DNA of 64,000 nucleotides from the NCBI GenBank assembly GCA_964106645.2, contig OZ078259.1; one strand, given 5' to 3'. The translations under genes and the position numbers were made by a program. Source of the DNA: Podarcis pityusensis (lineage: Eukaryota). A model generated the notes under the pieces. That model was not told where the DNA came from. It saw only the letters and a list, made by a program, of their open reading frames with translations, and ran no database searches. Positions within the stretch are counted from its first letter, which is position 1. Every line of letters starts with the position of its first letter. Shown in pieces: positions 13,177-23,803 of the stretch.

Positions 13177-13310
13177 TAGTTGGTTAGAGCGTTGGTTAGA
13201 TAACGCCAAGGTTGCAGGTTCGATCGCCGTAAGGGACAGGTGCATATTCCTGCATTGCAGGGTTGGACTAGATGATCCTCGGGGTCCCTTCCAACTCTAT
13301 GATCCTAAGA
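13177..13310 (+). mobile_element. tRNA-Ile-derived SINE with CR1-derived tail
   Basis: head resembles tRNA-Ile (AGTTGGTTAGAGCG..ATAACGCCAAGG..GGTTCGAT); 3' half matches the CR1 3' end at 9045-9120; second copy at 53723-53870. Confidence 0.8.
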
Positions 13311-13622
13311 GATAGGATAGGCAGACAGACAGATACTTTGTGGGTACTTTGGTGCTTTCAGAATCGCATTGGCACTTCAGTCAAAGGAGCAGGTGTGTAT
13401 AGGCAGGGACTACCGTGCTGTGCAGTAAATGTAAATTGTGGTGCTTCTCATATACTGTATATACATATACATATATGTGTGTGTGTGTGTGTGTATGAGA
13501 TGCACCACAATTTACATATTACATATTACATATTACATATATGAATGAAATAAGTCTTCTGAAACCACCTCTCCCTGGAAAGGACTCCTGTGTAATCCGA
13601 AAGCTGCCTTCCAGCGTTTTCT

Positions 13623-13657
<35 letters not shown>

Positions 13658-16120
13658 AACTTGTTGCTCTCGTCGAAGCATGGTGTATTTTGCTTCTCTG
13701 CCATGAGGGTATGAGGGTTAGTTTCTGGGTCTCAACCTTTACTTGCCCCTCTTCTTCCCAGTGCGATTTGAATTAATATATACTGTGAGGAAAGTGCTTG
13801 AAACTTTCCTCCACCTGATACTTTAAATAACGGGGGAGTGATGAGTTACAAAAATGAAAAAAAACAGGGACTTCTCTCACTCACTCACTCACTCACACGC
13901 ACGCGCACCCCAAAACAACCACACAAAATAACATTCCAACATAGCAGGCTATTTATAATTCGGTGAGATACATCGCAAAGATCAGCATAGTTCAAAACAG
14001 CTGTCGATTAAAAATAAACAAAATGAAAGTTTTGTTCCACATTAGTATAATATTACTTCACATAATCGCGCGCTGGGGGCTGAGTTGGGTTAGGATCCTG
14101 GATAGCAAACTTCCAGGTATCGCTTCCATCCTCATACACTGACCATTTACCCTTTAATAATTATATAGGGAAATAAATTTTGTGAAATAAGTAAAAAATA
14201 AAAGCCCGGGGTGGTCTTGAAAGGGTTTTTGCGGAGTGTGTGTGGGGAATTTGATTTCAAAAAACCTTTCCCAGTCGGCCTAGATTCTGTGTTATAAATA
14301 GTAAGCACACACACACGATAGAAGGACGAAAAGGAGAGGGTTGGGGCGGCGGCGGCGGGAGTTGCTTTGCACTGAGGCAGGAACAGATAGTAGTTGGATA
14401 TAGATGTATCCCACAGCGCGCGCGCGCATGCACGCGCACGGTCTCCTTGCACTTTTTCATTTGCTCCTTCCCGTCTCTTTCTATTGCAGCTCTCCAGAAG
14501 CCGCATCTCACACACCCTCGCTCGCCAATCTTATTTATTTCTCTCTCCCCCCCCCCGCCTCCCCGCCTCTCTCACACACACTAAAGTTAAAGGCGTTGTC
14601 TCTCAGCCTAGGTAAACACAGTTGTTTTAATTAAAAGGTTTTGGCGCTGGAAGGGTGTCGAAGAGAGAGACGGGGAGAGGAGGAGACGTAACCGGTAGAT
14701 GGGCTCAGCAGACACTGGATAAAAGGCGACGGCTCAGAATAAACTAATTAAAACATTGTGTTTGGGCCACATCGGAGTTCTTTTTTTGATCTTCCTTATG
14801 TTTTAAAGAAATGTCAACGCACTAGAAAGCCGTCGCGGGGAAAGAAACTCACACTCACCCTCCCCAACCCCCCCAAGCTCCTTTTCCTAGAAAGCGCGGC
14901 GCTTTTCAAAGGCAACGCCGGTAGATTTTCCGAAAGATGCCCCGCTGGGATAGCTGGCGTATCTCCTCTTTGCCAAAGTAAGCTGCTGTCCATCAACGGC
15001 TTCCGCAGCCAATCCGCGTCCTCCTCTCCTCCGAGCCACCCTTCCTGCTGTGCTTTTATGGAACACGCCTCAGCATGTTTAGAGGGAGAGAGAGAGGCTG
15101 TATTTCTCTTCTCTCCCCCCCCCCCAACTCCAGCCTGAAATCCCCCCCTTCTTTCCCCGTTCTCTCTGCTATCCCTTTAAGAGGAGGGGGGCTCTGATGG
15201 GGCAGGCATGGCTAAAATACAGGGGACCCTCTCCCAAAATGCGCTCCTCTTTCTCTTCGTCCAGATAAACACGCGCACAAACTCGTGACTGTTCAGATTA
15301 GTCGGTTTTGTGGTTCCTCTGGAGGGCCGCATTGATTGTGGACCCCTGCTCTTACTGAATGAATGAATGAATGAAACTGGGGCTAAATAATAATTAATTA
15401 TACAGGATTGTGTGTCCATGGTAGCTCTACAACTGGCGTCCTTGAGCGGGGGCAGGGCGGGGGCAAAGATGAGTTGCCCCCTCCCCCGTGAACCATAATT
15501 CCCGGATTTATTTATTTCCTTTCCTTCTTTTTTAAAGTAAGTTTCTAGCATTAATAGAACCTGCGATATGAGCCTAAATGTGCAGGCGCAATTTCTCACT
15601 CTCTTTTGTAAGAAGCCAGCTTGCTCTCCGCCCTCCCCCTTTCCAGCATGTTGTCGTCCCCCCCCCCGCCCGCGCACTGTCTTGTGGGGGGGACCCCCTG
15701 CAGGTCTGGGGTTGCCAGTCCTCCAAGTCAGAATGGGGAAACTGCCACCTTTTTCATGGTGTGGTGATTGCAGCGGGTTGCGGGGTGGGGGGCGGGAGGG
15801 AAAGGGGCAGCTGTTTTTAAAAGTCGGAGTTCTCCCACACTGTAGCTCGCAGACCCTTCGGAACTGCAAGGAGGTGTCCGCATTTCCCTCGCCCACCCTT
15901 TGATCCTTCCCTCCCCTTCCCCGATCTTACTTGTTAGGACTGATCCAATCAGACAAGAACTCGTCCAGGAAAAAATAAACAATAATCCCAGGGGCACCCC
16001 CTTCCCCCGCCCCCATTCTTAGCAAATAAAATAAAATTAAAACGTCTCGATTCGGTGATGAGATATGGTCCTCTATCCTGACCTCACCATGGCCTGGATT
16101 TAGTGCCTTGAAGTGCCTTG

Positions 16121-16656
16121 CGGGGCGGGGCGGGGGGGGGCGGAGATGCGCACTGGTCATCTGAGCCAGCTGGAACCAGGAGCTGGAGAAAGGGCTGTCT
16201 CGGTGAAGTGAACCATCAGCGTCCCAAAGGCCCTTCCAGAATGCAAAGACACCCTGCTTTGGCACCTCTTAGAAGGGCGCCAGCAGCGCCGCCGGCACCA
16301 CCTCGCTCAGGTCTGGCACCACCCACAAGAAGATCGAGTCACCCTCAGTCTCCTTTGGACTGTCCAGCAAGGGTGCTCTTCGGGGGAAGAGGCTAGGAAA
16401 CAGGCCACAACGTCACCACGGAACGCGACGCGGGAGAGCAGAGTGCCAGGGTGGCTCGAAGCGTTGCTCTGGTGGGGAGAGACCTTGTCAAGGCAAGTGC
16501 ATGCTGCTATGCCCCAGGGGCCAGAAGCCTTTCGCCTTTGCCCTACTCCTGGATGCCAGGGAGTTTCTGCCCGATCGGAAAAGTGGAGGATCCACCGCAG
16601 AATCCACACAGGTTAACTAGCGGCCAGCAGAAAAATCGATCAGTTTCTGGGTGAGT
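16121..16656 (+). ncRNA. candidate first exon of a non-coding transcript
   Basis: tandem GC boxes at 16121-16141, CpG-rich body, consensus donor G|GTGAGT at 16651; no recognisable protein. Confidence 0.3.
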
Positions 16657-17249
16657 GCTTGGTTGTGCGTGGTGTGTGCGTGTGAGTGAATCTCAGTTAC
16701 GTGCTCACACACCGCTACACATACACGACATCTCTGCAGTCCTACACGTATCTATTATGAGTCTCTCTCTCTTTTTAAAGGTGTTTATTTCATAGATACA
16801 TAAATTCACATACATACCTATTTATCCATTTTTGTCAAGATCAACAACAAAACTATAACCCAAATATCTGAATATTCAGAAGTATGTCTAGTTGTTTTTA
16901 ATGAGGTTTGGTGCCAGAATTGCCCTCGAAACATACTCAAGTGGCAAAACCCATCAGTTTTCGTTTCCCTGGAGTAAAGCTGCAGTCCTTTCCACATTTA
17001 CTTGGGAGCAAATGCCATTGGACTCAGTGGGATTTCAATTGTGAGTAAACACGCATAAGATCCGGTTGCATCGCATGTTTACGGATGATCACCCAGATGT
17101 TATTCTTAACCTCAAACCGCAATATTATACTCACTTTTCTGGGAGAAAGTATCCTTGAAATCAGTCGAGCAGACTGATATATGAGATATAAAAAGCAAAG
17201 GTAGCAGCGTTGTTCCAAGAAGCGCCCCCCCCCCCCCAATTCACAGCTG

Positions 17250-17345
17250 AGCAATGCCTTTATTAGGACCAACGAAAACGCCACAAGATAGTGGCAAACT
17301 TTATAGAGTTCTCCAGAACTCTTCCTCAGAAAAGATGTTAGGCAA
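17250..17345 (-). mobile_element. Penelope-like terminal fragment with degenerate minimal hammerhead motif
   Basis: minus strand CTGAGGA-AGAGTTC-TGGA-GAACTCT-ATAAAG followed by GTTGGTCCTAATAAAGG. Confidence 0.5.
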
Positions 17346-17743
17346 AGCAGAAGGGGTGGGGGAAGGAGAAGGAAATTTTTTAAAGAAATGTCAAAAGTAC
17401 AGGAATTTGGCTGAATAAACGCAAGTTGTACCTTGTGGAAACTATAATCAGCCAGCAAAACCACCATATAAAAGGCAATGTTATAGCTGGTTCTTTTTCA
17501 TTTACACACCAAATGGATGAACATTCTACCTAGCAAATGTGTTGGGCGTGTGCGTGAGAGAAAGGGGTGGCGGCGCGGGGGGCGGAGAGCTTTACCTTTC
17601 TGACCTGGAAGGCTGGAATTAACCCCAACGGAAGAACTTGTTCCAACCCCAACACTATTTTTAAAAGTTCCCCCCTCCTCCCTTCTTCCAAACGGTTGCA
17701 CCAAAACTCGCACTAGCAAGAGATCTCTGTATCCCTATCTAAG

Positions 17744-17820
17744 CTTCTTCTTCTTCTTCTTCTTCTTCTTCTTCTTCTTCTTCTTCTTCTTCTTCTTCTT
17801 CTTCTTCTTCTTCTTCTTCT
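17744..17820 (+). repeat. (TTC)n microsatellite
   Basis: about 25 perfect TTC units. Confidence 0.95.
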
Positions 17821-18185
17821 TGCTTTGAATTATGGTGCTGGAGGAGACTCTTGAGAGTCCCATGGACTGCAAGAAGATCAATCCTATCCATTCTTAAGGA
17901 TATCAGCCCTGAGTGCTGACTGGAAGGACAGATCCTGAAGCTGAGGCTCGAATACTTTGGCCACCTCATGAGAAGAGAAGACACCCTGGAAAAGACCCTG
18001 ATGTTGGGAAAGATGGAGGGCACAAGGAGAAGGGGACGACAGAGGACGAGATGGTTGGGCAGTGTTCTCCAAGCTACCAACATGAGCCTGACCAAACTGC
18101 GGGAGGCAGTGGAAGACAGGAGTGCCTGGCGTGCTCTGGTCCATGGGGTCAGGAAGAGCCGGACACGACTAAACGACTAAACAAC
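17821..18185 (+). mobile_element. BovB LINE 3' fragment
   Basis: MRREDTLEKTLMLGKMEGTRRRGRQRTRW; ends CGACTAAACAAC. Confidence 0.95.
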
Positions 18186-19374
18186 ATCTACGTTTTGTAT
18201 GAAGAAGCCGCATTCGCTGCCACCCTGTCTCTCGCCTAAAATGTCTTCCTGCTTGTTTCTAGCAAAGGCCACGACTCACCACTCCTCAAGTGGGTTATTA
18301 GGAAGAATAGCAACGAAAATCTCCAAGACAGTGTTTACCACGCCCCACTTTCTAAGATTGCGCGGCTGCGACTTCAGCTGCGTCTCTTCCTCTTGAGAAG
18401 AAGATGTGGGAAAGAGGCTGTAGACTACAATACAAAGGAGGCTGTCCTCTTCCTCGCGCGCGTGTTTGTGTCTTCAAATGTCAGTTTCCGGCACTTTGTA
18501 AAAAGACCCTGCAGTTCTTCCCCACCCGCCCCAGTCAATCAATACTACTCAACTTAACCATTTTTTGTTTTTTAAAAAAAACACTCTCAAAACTCTCTTA
18601 ATAGTCTTCAGAAGCGCGTGCGTTTCCTTCCTTGCCTATTTCCAATCTTAGTGTGTTTTGAGGATTTCCTGGTTGATTTACCGGTTTCAAAATATTTCTC
18701 CCCATCCAACCAAACGCATACATTTAAAATGGGATGGAAATGGATCTCCTGCGATCCTTCCCAACCACTTCCCCTAGAAGCGTACCATTTATTGCCATTC
18801 ATTTGTTTCTTACTGTTTTCTGAGTCTGTCACTTTTGAAACAAACAAACAAACAAACAAACAAAAACCCTTCCAAAAAAAATAAATCTCAAAGTGGTTTA
18901 ACAGTGTGGGGATTCCATCTCCCTCCCCGTGGCATTTTTGTTTCCATAGAAATAAGAACGAAGACTTTTCATAAAACATTGAAAAGTGTAAGTGACCACC
19001 AATGAATAAAGTTGCAGTCTTAGGCATGCTTACTAGGGTGGAAATCTGCAGGAACTGAGTGGGACTCACTTCCAGCTAATCAGAAATCGAGGAGTAATTA
19101 CAGAAAGATTTCTATTCGGTGAAGAATCATAGAATCTTAGAGTTGGAAGGGCCCCCAAGGGTCATCTAGTCCAACCCCCTGCAATACAGGAATCTCAGCT
19201 AAAGCATCCATGACAAAGAGTTAAAAAGTGAGATTTCCCCCCCTCCTCCAGCTGTGATAGATGGCTGGACAGAAGGAAGGAAAGAAGGACATGTACATTA
19301 TACAGATGCACACATATATATTCAACCATACATACGCACACTTTGGGGGAGGTTGTCAACTTTTCTTGTTCTTA

Positions 19375-19717
19375 AAGGTAAAGGTACCCGACCCTTGACG
19401 ACTCTGGAGTTGCGCCCTCATCTCCCTTTACTGGCCGAGGGAGCCAGCGTTTGTCCGCAGACAGCTTCCGGGTCATGTGGCCAGCAGGACTAAGCCGCTT
19501 CTGGCGAACCGGAGCAGCGCACGGAAACGCCGTTTACCTTCCCGAGGGAGTAGTACCTATTTATCTACTTGCACTTTGACCTGCTTACGACTGCTAGGTT
19601 GGCAGGAGCAGGGACCGAGAAACGGGAGCTCACCCCGTCGCGGGGATTCGAACCGCCCTCCTTCCGATTGGCAAACCTTAGGCACTGTGGTTTAGACCAC
19701 AGAGCCACCCGCGTCCC
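19375..19717 (-). mobile_element. Sauria SINE
   Basis: (ACCTTT)n tail on minus strand; B-box GGTTCGAATCC; TSD TTTTCTTGTTCTTA (19361-19374, 19718-19731). Confidence 0.9.
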
Positions 19718-20222
19718 TTTTCTTGTTCTTAGCACCCCAAATAAAGGGAAGGGGGAAAGTTTACCCGTTACTGCATTCACGCGCATGCACCAGCTTAAAA
19801 CTATTTGCAAGTCAGGTTCTGAAGAACGAGGGAAAGGTTAAAAGGTTTAAGAGTCTGTGTGAGAGGAGTTAGCTTCTCTGCCCTGCCAAAAAGAAAAAAA
19901 GAGCGCCTTTGATCTTAATCCGGATGTAGATCCGGGTTTTGATTTAGCGATGAATTACTTGTTGCTTACCACACAGAAGTTGAAATTATCAGAGCGAGAG
20001 GAAGACAGGCAGAGCCGCGCGTAGGCGGCGCCGCAGGCTGGGGTTTGTATGTCAGTGCCCACCGCGCACAAGCGTAACTCGCGCGCATACAGGCACACTC
20101 ATAGACTACCTGCCCTCGGGTGGAAGCGGTAATGAGAAACAAACTATTATTTGAGATATCTAGCATATAAGAGAAAGGTCATCCCATTTCCTCAGAAGTG
20201 CATTATGCCCCCTCTATGACCC

Positions 20223-20389
20223 CATGGGCGTAGCCAGGATTTATTTTAGAGGGGAGGATTTATGTTACGGGGAGGAAACGAGTTATCTGCGATGCAATTG
20301 GTCAGTTAATCAAATATTTTTTATTTATTTACTTGATTTGGAGGTGGGGAAGCTGACCCCCCCCCCTGCACTCCCCGGCTACACCCATG
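20223..20389. mobile_element. hAT-type MITE, same family as 23662-23803 but opposite orientation
   Basis: TIRs CATGGGCGTAGCC / GGCTACACCCATG. Confidence 0.7.
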
Positions 20390-20709
20390 ATGCCTCCAGT
20401 ATATTATTCTGAGACTGCCAGGGAGATGTGGGTGGTCTTCTCACCAGCCCCTCGAGCTGAAGGTGGTTCCTCTGTTCCTGGCGTGAATCCGCTCCTTAAG
20501 GAGTTCGCGGAAGTTCGTCAAAAGCAGTAGCGAGAAGCAGACCCGGGTTAACTCCTGCGTCACGGCCTGTCTGGACGAAGCAGGGATCCCACACGCCCCA
20601 CTCACAGCCAACTTCTCCAGCTGTCTGAAGGACCACAGCTCAGTACTAGAACACCTGCTTTGCATGCAGAAGGTTCTAAGTTCATTTTCCAACCATGTAC
20701 GGATGAGAG

Positions 20710-21694
20710 CAGTGGCGTAGCGTGGGGGGTGCAAGGGGTGCCGGCCGCACCGGGCGCAACATCTGGGGGGGCGCACTCGCCACCTCCAGAGTCGCCGAAG
20801 AGCCTCGGGGCTCAGCTCCTTTGGGAGGAGGGGTCGGGCTGGGTGACCAGGGGGAGTAGCAGGCGCTAGCAAGGAGGTCCGGAGCCGGAGCCTGGCCAGG
20901 ATCGGGCGCGGGATGGGGCGCAAGAGGGAGGGGAGAGTCGAGCCTGTCCGCCCCGCGAGGACTGCTGCGAAGAGGCGGGAGGGAGAGGAGACCCCTTGGG
21001 AGGAGCGGGCAGGTGCTGGGGCGGCAGTGCCGGGCGGGGGCCGAGGGGTGGGCGCCCCCCTGCGCGGGCATCGCCTCGCCGCCGCCGCGGGCATGGCTGG
21101 GCGACCGGCCGAGGGGAAACGCCAAACAAGGCCAGGATCCAGGCCCCCGCTCTCCTTATTTGGCGCCCATTTCCGGCTCCCGGGTGGCCTCCTCCCACCC
21201 GCTCTCGCTACCAGTGGAAAGAGAGACGGAGGAGCAGCGGAACCCGCAGCCTTTGCAGGCGCTGCCGGCCGGGAGAGGGGAGCGCGGAGGAGCCCCGCGG
21301 GGCCTGGGCCCGGCCAGCCGAGGGATCTTGTGGCGAGGAAGGAGCCCAGTCTGCGCCCTCCTTCCCCACAGAGCTGCAGAGGGAAATCAAGGTTCTCCTG
21401 CTAGTTTCTCTTCTTCTTCCCCCCCCCCCCACTGCGTTACAACCGTGCCCCCCCTCTCGGTGCACATAGCACGATTGCAATCTCTCTCTCACCCCCCCCC
21501 CCCAAGTTAAACTAATGGAGCAAGCCAGCGCCAAAGATTTGTAGAACTGTGAATACCCGGCCCAGGCAGCAGCAAGAAGCTGGCAGCGGCGGCAGGTTAG
21601 GGGTTAGGGGCGCAAATTACTTGCCTTGCCCCGGGTTAGGGGGCGCAAATTACTTGCCTTGCCCCGGGTGCTGACAACCCACGCTACGCCGCTG
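20710..21694. mobile_element. GC-rich non-autonomous hAT DNA transposon inserted in a tRNA-Ala SINE
   Basis: TIRs CAGTGGCGTAGCGTGGG / CCCACGCTACGCCGCTG; perfect 8-bp TSD GATGAGAG (20702-20709, 21695-21702); SINE halves flank it. Confidence 0.9.
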
Positions 21695-23661
21695 GATGAG
21701 AGAGACCCCATTCTGAAACCCTGGAGAGTCGCTGCTAGTCAGAGTAGACAATTCTGAGCTAAGTGGCAGCTTCCGTCGTTCCCAAGACCATGAGAAGATC
21801 TTCCAGGGGGAGGGGGAGTGCCCATCCCTGAGACTTCCTTATGCCGCATTCGCCAATCGAGGGGACACAGACCTTCAGGCCTGGTCCAAATGAGAGTCAA
21901 AAGTCTCCCCGCCAGAACTTCACTTTCCCAAACCAGAATCTTTGAGTTGTTTTGTTTTTCCCGGGAGGGAGGAGGGGGGAGTGCAAAGCCTAGACAGCAT
22001 AGGAAGCACTCCGCCCTTCAACTTTCTGCCTCTGGTAAACGCAATTTGGTCGACGTTTCTGTGGCGCCTTAAACACCACACAGCTGCCTTTCCCGCTGGG
22101 GATTCTTTTCGGCGCAGGCGCGTTCTGGCATAAATCAGCCCGAGCCAGTTCCTTCATTACAAGCACACTTCTGTACTTCTATTAACTTTAGCTGAAATGG
22201 ACATCCAGATGGCAGCATGCCTCTCCCAATGTATTCAGCACATACCTATTCCTGTTCTCCAACGCACCCATTCTTAGCCACCTGTCTCCGAGGGACGTGC
22301 CTCTCCTAGCCTGTGCGCTCCTGCACACCTGCTCGTACATCCCAGCTGCCAGGCTACGGATACATGGGAATTACCCCCACAGAACTCAGCGAGACTTGCT
22401 GCTGAGTAAAAATGAACAGTCGTTAAGAACGCAAGAGCCCTGCAGCTGCGTAAAACCAAAGTCCGATCCATTCTATCATCCTGTTCTAATACTTTGCGGC
22501 CAAATGCCCCCATGGGAAGCCCACGAGCAGGGCCTGGGAGCAAGAGCTCTTGCCACTTGTGATTCCCGGAGGCTGTTATTCAAAAGCTTACTGCCTCCGA
22601 CAGTGGCGAGATAACAAAGCCAAGCCATCGTGGCTAATAGCTACGGATAGCCTTATCAGCCATTCACACGTTCATAACTTTGCGCTTTTTAGTAGTTGCG
22701 CGCCCTCATCCACCAAAAATACACACAGGCGAATTTTCCCTGGGTCTTCTGTCAACTCTTCTACTGGGACTCTTCCACCGTGTAATAATAATGACCACTG
22801 TTCTCTATCCTCCAGTAGCTTCCAAACCGGTAAGTATGTATTTATGTAATTCAGTTAACGTGGAAGAACTGGCTTTAACGAATCTGTGGCGGGTAGGGCA
22901 GGAGGTTTCCTGTCCCACAACCTTTCCAGTGAAAATTCCTTAAATTAAAAATAGCGGACATTTTGGATGTGTGCCCCAGAGAGAGAGAGAGAGAGAGAGA
23001 GAGACGAGATACCCCTCAATTCCACTCCGTATTTAAATTTGACCTGCTTTGTCTGAACCGAGGACAGCGCCTGGAAGAAACCGGAAGGTTTAAAACTCAC
23101 AAAACCTCTAAATGTGTTTCAAACTGAGTGTGTCTTGGAGATAGGCTGATGGATTGGGCGGGGAGTAGTCGAAAATCTACGTTTCTGATTGTGGCAGATC
23201 ATTCTGGTACAGAGATACAACCACAGTGGTTCCTTATGAATTAAATCCCCACCTACCTTCATGACATTTTTCTTTTTTGCAATGGGAGACCCTGAGAGTA
23301 CTAAATCTCTCTCACTGTTCCAGCCACTGTTGCAATTCGGAATTGCTTTCTCCTGTCTGCCTCAGGAGCTGGTACAGGAACATAGGAAGCCGCCTTATAC
23401 AAAGTCAGATAATTGGTCTAACAAGCTCAGTGTCTACACTGACTGGCAGAAGCTCCCCCGGGGTTTCTCACACAGCACCCTCGCCCAGTCCTACCAGAAA
23501 ATGCAGGGGACTGAAACTGTGACCTTCTGCATGCAAAGCAAATGCTCTACCAGTGAGCTATGGCCCAACGACTGTGTGTATGTTAATGTGTAACCTTTAG
23601 AAATATGTTTCATAAATACTATTTAGGTTGGCAATCAGTGCAAATGGGAGATGGGCAGGAG

Positions 23662-23803
23662 CATGGGAGTAGCCAGGGGGGCAGGGAGGGGCAGCTGCCC
23701 CCTAAATCAATACAAATCAATAAAAATACATAAGAAACTGAGGTTCTAGCCCCCACTAACAAAAGGCCTGCCCCCACTAACAAAAATCCTGGGTATGCCC
23801 ATG
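23662..23803. mobile_element. hAT-type MITE
   Basis: TIRs CATGGGAGTAGCCAGG / CCTGGGTATGCCCATG; 8-bp TSD GGCAGGAG. Confidence 0.85.

Larger units (their letters stand above)
6700..23200. promoter_or_regulatory. broad CpG-retaining non-coding regulatory domain with CpG-island-like cores (~6.8-7.5, 14.2-16.7, 19.9-20.6 kb)
   Basis: CpG visibly abundant here and depleted in most of 24-64 kb; GC boxes, NRF1-like, CCAAT, GATA and TAAT motifs; no credible coding ORF. Confidence 0.65.

Noticed and set aside
15177-15903. 239-aa and overlapping ORFs in the CpG-rich core
   Set aside because: No recognisable domain; homopolymer runs; typical of GC-rich non-coding DNA
20441-21534. Several overlapping 100-217 aa ORFs
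   Set aside because: They lie in or across a GC-rich hAT MITE with TIRs and TSD; stop-poor composition and no domain
6700-23200. A conserved miRNA explaining the CpG domain
   Set aside because: By-eye search for common conserved miRNAs (miR-9, 124, 219, 183 cluster, let-7 and others) found only short seed matches without hairpins; not exhaustive
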